Program-made: the position numbers and the translations under genes
NCBI GenBank assembly: GCA_038087875.1
Contig: JAXLNO010000087.1
Span: forward strand, 124,001 to 188,000
Direction: 5' to 3'
DNA length: 64,000 bases
Source: Malacoraja senta
Lineage: Eukaryota
Shown: piece after piece, positions 25,961-37,819 of the stretch
Layout: each line of letters begins with the position of its first letter
How positions within the stretch are numbered: the first letter of the stretch is position 1
Notes under the pieces: model-generated
Told to the model about the DNA's origin: nothing
Seen by the model: only the letters and a program-made list of their open reading frames with translations
Database searches by the model: none

Positions 25961-26174
25961 CTTTACAGCCGGATGGAGATAACTGTCAAAAATTGCTTCG
26001 TTTTTTATGATATTTCCCACTCCTGGCAGCATGGACTGGTCCAACAGCACATCACACAACATGTGAGCACCATGTCGCTTCACATCCTCCTCTGCTCGAG
26101 GATGACTGAACTTTGCCGAGCAGACATCCAGCTCTTCCATTAGTTTTACTTTCTCCTCACATTCAGAGGTACTC
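25961..26174 (-). pseudogene. NEIL3: NEIL3 exon 4 (H2TH region)
   Basis: 214 nt, STSECEEKVKLMEELDVCS...LLDQSMLPGVGNIIKNEAIFDSYLHPAVK, AG/GT flanks. Confidence 0.94.
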
Positions 26175-26908
26175 CTAGCAGGTAACACAATATACCTTAA
26201 TGTTAAGGTGCCTTTATTGCAAACCCAACTACATAACATTTTTTCATAAAGTTTATCTGATCCTCTCAAAACAAATTTAATTAAACCTGTCAAGTTATTA
26301 AAGGTAAAAAACAAAGTGCTGAAGGAACTCAGTGGGTCATGCAGCATCAGCGGAGGGACAGACAGCGCTTTGGGTATGGACCCTTCTTTCGATTGAATGG
26401 TGACACAGTGGTGCAGCTGCTGCCTCACAGGCTACCCAAAGACATGCGGGGTTGTAAGTTAATTGGCCTCAGTAAATTGCCCCTAGTGCATAGGAAATGG
26501 ATGCGGCAGTGGGATAACCTAGAACTAGCTGGCATGGACTCGGTGGGCCGTTTCCATTGCGGTATCTTTCAATCAATCAAATTCAGACATAGGTCTGAAT
26601 AATCGCAACCCAAAACATCGCCTGTCCATTTCCTCCACAGATGCTGTCTGTCCCGATAAATTAATCTTAATATCTTAACAATTTATCCAGTGTAAAGCTA
26701 CAAACACAAGTTAAAAAGTGAATTTCTCGCAATTTTGATCTAACTAAATTAATAAACAAAGACAACAGAATAGAATTTCAATTTTCAAAAGCAATTTGTA
26801 ACATGAAGTCTTCCAAGGATTAGTACTCTTGTGGAATTAGTGACGATATCCAGACCAAATTCCATGCAGTATTGAGGGAGTACCACATTGTGAGTACCCC
26901 CTATCAGT

Positions 26909-26936
26909 CTGAAGAAGGGTTTCGGCCCGAAACGTT
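26909..26936 (+). ncRNA. Minimal hammerhead-ribozyme-like core inside a 106-bp Penelope-end insertion (26895-27000)
   Basis: CTGAAGAAGGGTTTCGGCCCGAAACGTT; insertion flanked by the direct repeat CCACATTGTGAG (26883-26894, 27001-27012). Confidence 0.6.
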
Positions 26937-27331
26937 GCCTGTTTCCTTCACTCCATAGATGCTGCTGCACCCGCTGAGTTTCTCCAGCACTTTTGTGTAC
27001 CCACATTGTGAGAGTTGCCTTTCAAATAAAGATGTTAAAATAGACACAACTTTCTTGGAACGTTTTGGGCTTTAAAATGCAGGTTATGTACACAGATTAA
27101 TATAATTGTGTTTTTTGTTTAAAGATTCTTAGTTTAATTTATTTTAGAGATATAGCATGGAAACAAGCCCTTCGGCCGACTGGGTATGCTGATCATTGAT
27201 CAGTTTTACGGAATAGTTTTACACAATTTGCAAATGATTAACTCACATTTATCAGGGATCTGTGCAAAATAAATTTTCATGGACAAAACTGAAAGCATAA
27301 AAATAAAGCCGAACATGAACTAATTATTTAC

Positions 27332-27466
27332 CTGATATTGAACGTGGATTCAAAGAAACATATCAAATCATTGGTTAGCTGAATTTGCAAACTTCCTGCC
27401 GCTCCACTGCTGCGCTTTCTTTCAGATGAATTGATTTGCATCGAACCATTCATTCCAAAATGTATC
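27332..27466 (-). pseudogene. NEIL3: NEIL3 exon 3
   Basis: 135 nt, IHFGMNGSMQINSSERKRSSGAAGSLQIQLTNDLICFFESTFNIR, ttgcag/gtaaat flanks. Confidence 0.93.
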
Positions 27467-28484
27467 CTGCAAAGATATATCATGAGTCAAGTGTCAAGAG
27501 TGTTTTATTATCAAATGTCCCAGATGGGACAATGAAATTCTTACTTGCTGCAGCACACCAGAAAATATGTGAATATGTAAACATAGTACATAACAGGGGA
27601 ACAGGAAAAAAAAGAAAAAGTTCAATAAATATTATGACTTGACAAGAATACACTAGATATTCTAGCATAAAATAATTTCTGACTGCCTGCTAAGCAACTT
27701 TATTAGCAGCTAGCACTCTCTTCAATGTAAAATGTCTCTTTTTCAAATGAAACTTAAATGGATTATCAAGTGTCAAGTCAAAAATGGTTAATTGTCAAAT
27801 GTAGCAAAACGGAACAATGAAATTCTTACTTGCAGCAGCACACCAGGTTTGTAAACACACAGTACTCAATAGATAACTTAAAAAACCCAATATAGTGATA
27901 AACAAAACAAAGCCCAAAGTCCTTAATGCAACCAAGACAGTTTGCCATTCAGTTGGAGTACGTAGTGTTCAATAGATTATGAATTAGATTTACAAATCTC
28001 TTCCTCTTTCCTCCTTCCCAATCAGTTCAACCGTTAAAGGTTGCCTGTAACTTAGCAAATATTAATGTCGGATCTACAGTTAGCAATGCAATCAACGTGG
28101 CGTGCACAAACAGAAGATGAAACAGAACAAGTTGTCTTACAACTTTAGGCTGTGCATGGCATACGCAAGTGGAAGACCCATTAACTAAATAAATATGAAA
28201 ATCACTGAGAAATAGTCAACATTTACGTTAAAACTCCCATAATCTGTGCTTGTTGATTGAAAATCCCAATGGTTCAGCATTTATCACTTCAGCTTTTGTT
28301 CCCCACACTTCCTTTAAATTCATCAGGGCCCATTCTTTGTGCTCCCCATAAATTCAACTTGTTCACTAGAAAAATGATTGTGCTGCAGCAAAATATTGAA
28401 TAAAGTGAAACAAGGTGCTTTGGTGTAATCATCAGAGTAATATCCAATAGCCCAGCAAATCTGTCAATCTTGTGCAAAAAATAA

Positions 28485-28720
28485 AAGGTAGACAAAAGTG
28501 CTGGAGAAACTCAGCGGGTGAGGCAGCATCTAAGGAGCAAAGGAAATAGGCAACGTTTCGGGCCGAAACCCTTCTTCAGACTCCGAAGGAAATAGGCAAC
28601 GTTTCGGGCCGAAACCTTCCTATTTCGTTCGCTCCGTAGATGCTGCCGCACCCGCTGAGTTTCTCCAGCACTTTTGTCTACCTTCAATTTTCCAGCATCT
28701 GCAGTTCCTTCTTAAACATG
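28485..28720. mobile_element. Fold-back Penelope terminal-repeat insertion with a duplicated hammerhead segment
   Basis: AAGGTAGACAAAAGTGCTGGAGAAACTCAGCGGGTG ... CACCCGCTGAGTTTCTCCAGCACTTTTGTCTACCTT; related fold-backs at ~28955-29130, 43277-43401, 54682-54860. Confidence 0.85.
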
Positions 28721-29801
28721 GTGCGAAAGATAGACAACTTTACTTTCCATTTCTACATTTCCACATTTGATCTGGGACATCTCTTAATTTAGGAGATGAA
28801 AAGGAACATCTTCGACCATGGCCATTGGTGGTGAGACGTTCATTTCAGGACAGGTCACCTGTATAATCAGCCAAAACAAAGCTGGATCTAAACTTCATTC
28901 ATACCCGTCCAATGTTGTTTCAGGAATGCAACATTATTATGTGTGATCAAAAGTTTAAGAAAGAACTGCAGATGCTGGAAAAATCGAAGGTAGACAAAAA
29001 TGCTGGAGAAACTCAGCGGGTGAGGCAGCCTCTATGGAGCGAAGGAATAGGTGACGTTTCGGGTCGAGAAGGGTCTATTCCTTCGCTCCATAGATGCTGC
29101 CTCCCCCGCTGAGTTTCACCAGCATTTTTGCCTCTATGTGATCAAAAGGTCACATCAAGAGTTCGAGACTTTATTGTCATGTGTCCCTGATAGGACAATG
29201 AAATTCTTGCTTTGCTTTAGCACACCAGAACATGGTAGGCATGACTACAGAACAGATCAGTGTGTCCATATACCATTGTATAAATACATACACACATGAA
29301 TAAATAAACTGCTAAAGTGCAAATAAACAGATTATGGGCTATTAATGTTCAGAGTTTTGTCCGAGCCGAGTTTAATAGCCTGATGGCTGTGGGGAAGTAG
29401 CTATTCCTGAACTTGGTCGTTGCAGTCTTCAGGCTCGTGTACCTTCTACCTGAAGGTAGTCGGGGAGATGAGTGTAAGGCCCGGATGGTGTGGGTCCTTG
29501 ATCATGCTGCCAGCCTTTTTGAGGCAGCGACTGTAAAGTAAAGTAAAGTATCCTTTATTGTCATTCAGACCTTTCGGTCTGAATGAAATTTCGTGCCTGC
29601 AGTCATACATATAATAAAAATAACAAAAACACACAATAAACACAAATTTAACATCCACCACAGTGAGCTGACCAGGCACCTCCTCACTGTGATAGATCAA
29701 ATTGAATGGTGGTGCTGGCTTGAAGGGCCGAATGGCCTTCTCCTGCACCTATTGTCTATTGTTTTCTATTTGTTTCAAGCAAATTACAATAGTTACAGTA
29801 C

Positions 29802-29927
29802 CTTAATGCAGTTTGTCCAAAATACATGAAAAGTTCCTGTCCTAATGTCTTCACACCTGTATACTTTGCCTTCCAGCAGCTGGATTGCATTCTGACCGGC
29901 ACCAGACTGCCCATTTGGCCGAGTAAT
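29802..29927 (-). pseudogene. NEIL3: NEIL3 exon 2 (2-nt frameshift; catalytic K->Q)
   Basis: ttccttcag acceptor, then ITRPNGQSGAGQNAIQLLEGKVY, frame change, GVKTLGQELFMYFGQTALR, donor AG|gtac; 126 nt where a length of 3n+2 is needed. Confidence 0.88.
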
Positions 29928-30769
29928 CTGAAGGAAAGGATAAAGACAGTGCAACTTGTGATGGAAGGGTCTTGATATGAAACCATTTCTCCTGCTGAAA
30001 ATGCTGCCCACTGAAGAATTACTTCAGAATCAGAATGCCTTTTATTGTCATTTAAACATACGGTTCAAATGAAATTAAAACGAAATACTTGTTGTAAAAT
30101 GAAGACATTCTTGTGTTTTAAATATTAAGTGGTGATATAGAGTGGCATTTTCGTGGCGCTATAAAGTGTGGATATCAAGTGGCGTTTTAAGTGGTGCTTT
30201 TTCCCACGAGTAGTAGCTCTACTCAATAACCAAAAATCTGTAGCCTCCTTTTGCCCTGGTATTTTATTTAATTCGCATGTTTAATCAATAATGTTTTATT
30301 ATTAATGTTCAATCTTTTATGTATCATTCTTAACTGTCACTGTATGTCATGTTGTCACTGGCGGGCAGAGCACCAAGGCAAATTCCTTGTATGTGAATAC
30401 TTGGCCAATAAACATAGAAACATAGAAAATAGGTGCAGGAGTAGGCCATTCGGCCCTTCGAGCCTGCACCGCCATTCAATATGATCATGGCTGATCATCC
30501 AACTCAGTATCCTGTACCTGCCTTCTCTCCATACCCCCTGATCCCTTTAGCCACAAGGGCCACATTTAACTCCCTCTTAAATATACAATGAACTGGCCTC
30601 AACTACCTTCTGTGGCAGAGTGTTCCAGATATTCACCACTCTGTGTGAAAAATGTTTTTCTCATCTCGCAGTAGAGTTGCTGCCTTGCAGGCAGACAGCG
30701 TTACGGGACCCTCCTGAATCAATGTTCTGAAGAAGGGTCCTGCGCCGAAGCTTCATCTGTCCATTTTCC

Positions 30770-31610
30770 TCCCCTCATGCCCCACTTAATGGTCACCCAA
30801 CACACTCCATCCCAACTCCTGCCCTCCCTGGTCACTCAATCCCCTCTCAGACCTGTGACCATTGTCCCACACCATCCACCTCTCCATCTCACCTCACCCC
30901 CACACCACCCTCACCATCCATTCCTCACCACTCACCATCTGCTCCTAACCATACAGCTCTCACTCCCACCCCCACCTCGCCCCTCACCCGTGTCATCTGC
31001 CCCTCACCATCCACCCATCCTTACCTCACCCCTTCTCTTCACCTCACTCACTACCCCCCACCCAACCCCTCACCTCCACCCACCCCCGCCTCGCTCCTAC
31101 CCTAAACTTCCCCCACTGCCCCTCACCAGCCACCGCTCATACCCACCCTACCCCCCGCAATCCACTCCTCACCATCTCACCTCACGCCGCCCCTTGCCCA
31201 GGTTTCCATCCCTCACTCCTTCATCACGCCCCACCCCATACTCTTCCTCTCAACCTAACCCCAACTCACACCCACTGTCCCTCACCACCCTACCCCTCAC
31301 CTCACCCCCCCTTCACCCCCTCCCCACTCGCCTTCCACCCCGCATGCACCTCACCCTTCACCAACCCCATATTCCACCCCTCACCCCCACCATTCACTAC
31401 TCACCTTCCATCCCTCGCCCCCTCCTCAACCCCTCCGCACACTCCTCCCCTCAACCTCACCCACTCCCCTCACACCAACTCACAACCACCCCCTCACCCT
31501 CTCCCCATCACCCACCCCTTTCCCCATCACCCAACCCCCCCCACCCAGCCGCCCCTCACCTGCTCCTCCTCTCACCCACCCATTCCCTTCACCTCACACT
31601 CACACTCCCA
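30770..31610 (+). repeat. C-rich low-complexity tract (CCTCACC-like words) in NEIL3 intron 1
   Basis: About 850 nt nearly devoid of G on the plus strand. Confidence 0.9.
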
Positions 31611-31713
31611 GTCCCGCCCGCGGTGCCTCACCGCTCGCACCCGCTGCCCGGTCCTCACGCGGCCACGGAGCCGCTCCCTGTTCAGCGCGCGTTCAGCCCG
31701 GTCCCTCCACCAT
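31560..31713 (-). pseudogene. NEIL3: NEIL3 exon 1 (4-nt insertion, premature TGA); donor uncertain (exon ends at 31593 or 31560)
   Basis: ATG GTG GAG GGA CCG GGC TG[AACG]C GCG CTG AAC AGG GAG...; removing AACG gives MVEGPGCALNRERLRGRVRTGQRVRAVR, similar to human MVEGPGCTLNGEKIRARVLPGQAVTGVR. Good Kozak context (GCCGCCATGG). Confidence 0.85.
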
Positions 31714-32420
31714 GGCGGCGCGACCCCGCTGCCCGCAACCAACGGACAACACACAGGCAGCCGCGCGCGCGCAAAGATTATCTTTGGCCGCGCGCGCCCA
31801 GATGGAGGGAGGGACCAGCGTGGGGGCGGGGCCCTGTGGGGGCGGGACTAGTGTAGGGCTGGGCCCGGGCGGGGCGGAGCCAGCGTGGGATGGCAGGTAG
31901 AGCGTGGGAAGGGTGGGGCCAGCGTGGGGGCGGGGCCAAAGACTAGTGTGGGACGAGGCCAGCGTGGTGACGGGCCTAGTGTCGGGCGGGGCCAGCGTGG
32001 GATGGAAGGGAGAGCGTGGGGAGGGAGGGGCCAGCTTGTGGGGAGGGGCCAGTGGGAGGTGCCATCGTGGGGAGGGAGGGGCCAGCGAGGGTGGGATGGG
32101 CCAGTGGGAGGTGCCATCGTGGGGAGGGAGGGGCCAGCGAGGGTGGGATGGGCCAGTGGGAGGGATCAGCGTGGGGAGGGAGGGGCCAGCGAGGGTGGGA
32201 TGGGCCAATGGGAGGGATCAGCGTGGGGAGGGCGGGGAGAGCGAGGGCCAGTTGGCGGAGTCTGAGGAGCCCCGAGACCGGGCTAACCGCCACGCGCGTC
32301 AGAGGGGGCGGGGCTGTGAGGGCGGGAGATTGGGCTGTCGCCCGGACGGTGAGTCGCCGGTTCGAGTCCCGCCAGCGGCACGGCAGAAGAGGAGTGACAG
32401 CGGTGAAGACAAGTGTGCAT
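31610..32420. promoter_or_regulatory. CpG-island promoter of NEIL3 with GC boxes and a G-rich minisatellite
   Basis: CpG-dense; several GGGGCGGGGC (Sp/KLF) boxes; spans the NEIL3 start codon. Confidence 0.75.
32005..32250 (+). repeat. G-rich minisatellite, ~52-nt unit, 3-4 copies
   Basis: GCCATCGTGGGGAGGGAGGGGCCAGCGAGGGTGGGATGGGCCAGTGGGAGGT at 32061 and 32113, variant at ~32165. Confidence 0.85.
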
Positions 32421-34351
32421 GGCTGCCCATTTCATAGCTGAAGTCGGTGGGGTTTGACTCCTCAATGTACATCATTGTTGTAGAGTCACGGAGCCGGGAA
32501 TCAGGTAGTTAGAATCTGAGGAGGGCATGATTAGGAATTGCAGGTGCTGGTTTACCCAAAGACACAGAGTGCTGGAGTAACTCAGCGGGTCAGGCTGCAT
32601 CTCTGGAGAACATGGATACGTGACTGAGGCAGATACAATAAGAGCATTTAAACACTTGAATAGGATAAATTATCACACCTTCCATCACTTTTCTGGAGGT
32701 TGAGTGGGAGGATTGGCTGGTATGGGTTAGATTTATCCTATCTAGAATCAAGGGATATGGGGAAAAAGCAGGAGCGGGGTACTGATTGTGGATGATCAGC
32801 CATGATCATATTGAATGGTGGTGCTGGTTCGATGGGCCAAATGGCTTACTCCTGCACCTATCTTCTATGTTTCTATGAATTAACTGGGCAATATTTTTGG
32901 TACAAACCAGCATCTGAAGTTCTTTGTCTCTACATGATAGTGTGTACTTGAGATATCCCACTCCCATGAGATAAAGCTGCCTACATAGAGTTATACAGCA
33001 TGGAAACATGCCCTTCAGACCAACACCGGCCAACATTTCCCAGCTACACCAGTCCCACCTGCCCGCATTTGGTCCATATCCCTCTAAACCTGTCCTATCC
33101 ATGTACCTGTCCAACTGCTTCCTCAACGTTGCGATAGTCCTTGCCTTAACTACCTCCTCTGGCACCTTGTTCCATACACCCACCGCCCTTTGTGTGAAAA
33201 AGTTGCCCCTCAGGTTCCTATTAAATCTTTTCGCCCTCATCTTAAACCTATGACCTGTGGTTCTCGATTCACCTACTCTGCAAGAGACTCTGTGTGTCTA
33301 CCCGATCTATTCCTCGTGATTTTGTACACCTCTATCAGATCACCCCTCATCCTTCTGCGCTCCAAGAAATAGAGTCCCAACCTAATCAACCTCTGCCTAT
33401 AGCTCAGACCCTTTAGTCCTGGCAACATAATCGTAAATCTTCTCTACATCCTTTCTAACTTGACAACATAGCATGGTGCCCAAAACTGAACACAATACTC
33501 TAAATCACCAACGTGTTATATAACTGCAACGTGACCTCCTAACCTATACTTAATGCTCTGACTGATGAAGGCCACTGTGCCAAGCCTTTTTGGCCATCTT
33601 ATCTACCGGAGATGCCACTGAGATGTCCCCCTGAGTTAGCATTTTGTGTCTATCTTCGGTGTAAACCAGCATCTGCAGTTCCTTTCTATGCCCTGCCATG
33701 CAATTGAATGTCATGCAATGAATTATGTACCTGTAAAATGGGACAAGCTTAGATGGAGCATCTTGGCATGGACGAGTTGGTCTGAAGGTCCTGTTCCGAG
33801 CTGTTTGACTGTATGAATGTAAAGAATATAAATTCCAAAATGATGAAAGTTTTCACTGACTTCCAGAGGTGGATTCTTACTAAAATAGACTGCATTTTGA
33901 CTGCAGAGGGAGCTGCAGGCATATTTTTCCACAGTATGTACCATCCTCGCGTTTGGGAGTGCAGTGTTTAATTGCCGTATTTACTGGCAACAAAACCATG
34001 AAATTCTTACTTGCTGCAGCTTTACAGGCCCCTAAACACAATGACACGCGGATAAATTCACGATAATTACTCATCAATTAATCTATTAATGGAATGACAC
34101 ATCATCAGGATAGATGAACTCGCAGTGGCTTTCTTCTTCTTTCATGTCCATCTTCCATGTTTTAAATGTTGACATCGCTGTCATCGTCCGTCCTGAAAAG
34201 GACGCAAACTTCCGGAATCAGTAGGAGCCATCACTTGTTGCTCAGGATACTTGCAGTTTCCAGCCCCGCGACGGGGACGCTTCTGCTATGGGGCCGCAGT
34301 GGCTTTGATACTGTCCAATATCCATCACAGATGAAAAGTATGATTAATCTT

Positions 34352-34835
34352 ACAATAGACAATAGGTGTAGGGGTAGGCCATTCGGCCCTTCGAGCCAGC
34401 ACCGCCATTCAATGTGATCATGGCTGATCATCCACAATCAGTACCCCGTTCCTGCCATCTCTCCATATTCCTTAACTCTGCTATCGCTAAGAGCGCTATC
34501 TAACTCTCTCTTGAAAGCATGCAGAGAACCAGCCTGAGGCAGAGAATTCCACAGACTCACAACTCTCTGTGTGAAAAAGTTTTTCCTCATCTCTGTTCTA
34601 TAATGCCTTACCACTTATTCTTAAACTATGGCCCCTGGTTCTGGACTCCCCCAACCTTGGGAACATGTTTCCTGCCTCTACCGTGTTCAAACCCTTAATA
34701 CTCTTATATGTTTCAATAAGATCCCCGCTCATCCTTCTAAATTCCAGAGTATACAAGCCCAGCTGCTCCAATCTATCAACATATGACAGTCCTGCCATCC
34801 CGGGTATTAACCTCGTGAACCTACGCTGCACTCCA
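34352..34835 (-). mobile_element. CR1 LINE 3' fragment
   Basis: [18 protein letters not shown]...RTRGHSLRI, with tail. Confidence 0.9.
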
Positions 34836-34892
34836 ATGTGTATAGGTATAGCTAAACCTGTTGGAAGTATATACAATTATGAGATTCAGGGC

Positions 34893-35995
34893 TTCAGCAG
34901 GGGAGTGGGGAGAGGGTCGAGGGAGCAGGTAGTGGGTTTGGAAGAGCTGATGAGTTTGGAGATTTCAGTAGAGGTGACCGGGTCAAACTGGGAGAGGAAG
35001 CAGTGAGGGGGAGCGGTATGGAGATCAGCAGAGATGTTGAAAGGAGGGGCCTTGGTAGGTGGTAGAGTAGATGCTGGGGAATCAGGTACAGGGGATAAGG
35101 ATTGATAGATGGTGCTGATTTTGTCAGCAAAAAAGTGGAGGAATTAGTTGCAGAGATCCGGAGTGGAGGTAGGGAGAGTGTTGGCTCGAGGTTTGAGGAG
35201 GTTGCACACTGTGGAGAAGAGGGTTCTGTGGTTTAGGCAGGGGTCGGTGAATATGGAGGAGAGGTATGCAGATTTAGCAGCAATGAGGGCATCTTTGTAG
35301 GCAGTGAGGTGGAGTTTGTAAGCTTCATGGTGGACTGTGAGAGGTCATTTCTTTATGAGTCGTTCAAGTCGGCGACCAATCTGTTTCAGCTTACGAAGTG
35401 CAGGTGTGTACCAGGGTGAAGATTTATTAAAAGTTACGGTTCTTGTTTTGAGGGGAGCCAGAGTGTTAAGGGAGGTAGACAAGGTTGAATTGAGTTGGTT
35501 TGTGAGATCGTCAGGTGAGATGTGGGTTGGGTCCAGGGGGAGAGTGGTGGAGAGCAGGTCAGAGAGATGGTGAGGGTCGATGGATTTTAGATTACGGAAG
35601 GTGATTTCTCGGAGGAAGCGGGGGCGAGGTGTCGGAGAAGGGATGGTGAACCGTATAAGCTTATGATCAGAGAGGGGGAAGAGGCATGGATGGAGGTCGA
35701 GTACTGGTTAATTTGTGGAGCAGACCAGGTCAAGGATGTGACCTTTGTCATGAGTGGGAAAGGTGACGTGCTGAGTGAGAGAGAAGTTGTCAAGTAGAAA
35801 AGCGAATTCAGATGCGAACTTGCAGGTGGGGGAGTCCATATGAATGTTTAAGTCACCAAGTAGCAGCAGACGTGGGGTGAGAGATGAGACAAGTGTGAGG
35901 AATTCAGTGAAGTCAGATAGGAAGGAGGGGTTTGGTTTAGGTGGCCGGTAAATGAGGATGACTGTCATGGAGGAAAGGGCTTTGAGGATGAGGGA
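34893..35995 (-). mobile_element. L2-clade LINE fragment (endonuclease region)
   Basis: IYRPPK, LLGDLNIH, PTHDKGHILDLV, SDH motif. Confidence 0.85.
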
Positions 35996-37819
35996 GGATC
36001 TTATAGAAACATATAAGTTCCCCATTTTTGTTGGGGAAGTCCAGAATAAGGGGTCACAGTTTAAGGATAAGGGGGAAATCTTTTAGGACCGAGATGAGGA
36101 AAACATTTTTCACACAGAGAGTGGTGAATCTCTGGATTCTCTGCCACAGAAGGTAGTTGAGGCCTATTGTGCTGGAAATGTCTTCAGAGCGAACATTGAC
36201 TATGTTTGATAACGGAACGCAATCAAATGTGTTTTAATTCCAAATGTTATTATTTGTTTTAATCCATAAAGATGGATTAATTAAATTGTGAACAGGTGAA
36301 ACATTAAAACCGCAGTGTTCGATTGTCACTGCTGCCGTTGACACGTTATTACAGAATTCATTTTAACGGCAAATCAATGCTCTTAATATGGAGTATCAGT
36401 CCTGTAGTTATTTACTGAGCAACATTCACAACTATATGTTACCATGGTCCAGGATTTATTGACACAGGTTGATCATACGCTGAATAATCCAACCACATTT
36501 TTATTTGGAAGTGGAAAGAACTAATAGAAATTGCATTAATTGCAATGTGTAAAACGAGTTGAGATAGTCTTATAATTTTGCTGCGTCATTGTGGGATATA
36601 TCATGTCTTGATTGGTGAATATGTTTAGTTTGTGACTTTATTTGAAGCAGAAATAATATGTGAATGCTTCATTGAGTATAATTCCGACTGGTAACTACGC
36701 ACTTCGTCCGAGCACATTATGGCACGCGTCATGCAAGCCATCTTAAATGACCACCTAAACTGTCATTTGGCAACCTAAAAAGCTGCCAAAGTTGCCCGGC
36801 TGGCAACAGGGGAAAAAAGTTAAGCGAGAGCCCTGCCAACACTAGAGGGCAGAGCTATATAAGGTGAGAGGGGGACTGTTTAATGGAGATGTGCGGGGCA
36901 AGATTTTTACACAGAGAGGGGTGGGGGTCTAGAACGCTCTGCCAGGGGGTGATGGTGGAGGTAGATATGATAATGTCTTTGAAGAAGCTTTTGGACTGTC
37001 ACATGTAAGTGCAGGGAATGGAGGGATATGGATCATGTACAGGCAGATAAGATCAGTTTAACTAGGCATTAGCCTCCTGCACTCCAGAGAATATAGTCCA
37101 AGTCTGCACAACCTCTCCCTATAGCTCGAGCCCAGGCAACATTCTCGTTAAAACTTCTATGCACTCTTTCCAGCTTAAAGACATACTTCATACAACACGG
37201 AGATCCAAACTGAACAAAGTACTCCAAATTCAGCATCACAAAAGTCTTGTACAATTGTAACATAACGTTCCATCTTCTGTACTCAATTCCCTGACTGATG
37301 AAGGCCAGTGTGCCAAAAGTCTGCTTCACCACCCTACCTGCCTGTGACACCACTTTTGGGGAACTCCTAGATCCCTCTGCTCTACAATCAATGTGAAGGT
37401 TTTGACCTGATTTGACTTCCCCAAATGCTACACCTCACACTTAGGTCAGTAATCTAGTCAGTCAGTAGCAGGCAATTGAACCGTCTTAACACCAACAAGT
37501 GACATAAGCTGGGAAGAAACTGTCCCTGAATCTATCGACAACTAATCTGAGTCTAGTTCTATCAACCCTAGAGAGCGGTCCTGAGCTACCATCTACCTCG
37601 TTGGAGACCCTCGGGCAATCTTTAATCGGACTTTACTGGACTTTACATTGCACTAAACGTTATTCCCTTTATCATGTATCTGTACACAGTGAATGACTTG
37701 GTTGTAATCATGTACAGTCTTTCTACTGACTGGTTAGCCGCAACAAAAGCTTTTCACTGTACCTCGGTGCACGAAACAATAAACTAAACTGAAATAAATC
37801 TGTATTAGCTGGAGGCCGG

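Larger units (their letters stand above)
12117..31713 (-). pseudogene. NEIL3: NEIL3 (endonuclease VIII-like 3) copy, disabled; exons 1-4 and 7-9 recognisable
   Basis: Exons translate to NEIL3 motifs (MVEGPG, ELFMYFG, IHFGM, LPGVGNIIKNE, RanBP2-type finger WTCxxCTLIN...CDAC, GRF finger) with GT-AG ends. Sizes 135/214/170/175 nt match the human exons as I recall them. Frameshifts in exons 1 and 2; exons 5, 6 and 10 not found. Confidence 0.88.

Noticed and set aside
31693..31695. TGA at the Cys7 position read as selenocysteine or readthrough
   Set aside because: The downstream NEIL3 sequence is in another frame; the TGA is created by a 4-nt insertion
30777..31856. 359-aa Pro/His-rich ORF
   Set aside because: Translation of a C-rich low-complexity tract, antisense to NEIL3 exon 1 and intron 1
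32355..32375. tRNA-like B box GGTTCGAGTCCCG
   Set aside because: No A box, acceptor stem or cloverleaf can be built around it
32400..34340. Candidate AGA exons 1-2 (ATGGCTGCCC at ~32419; unique sequence at 34100-34330)
   Set aside because: No hydrophobic signal peptide, NTWPF or CDGSVG.GGSPDE motif in any plus-strand frame
36165..36835. Possible DNA-transposon end (CAGGGCTCTCGCTTAA on the minus strand)
   Set aside because: Only one terminus, no target duplication and no transposase remnant; too weak to call
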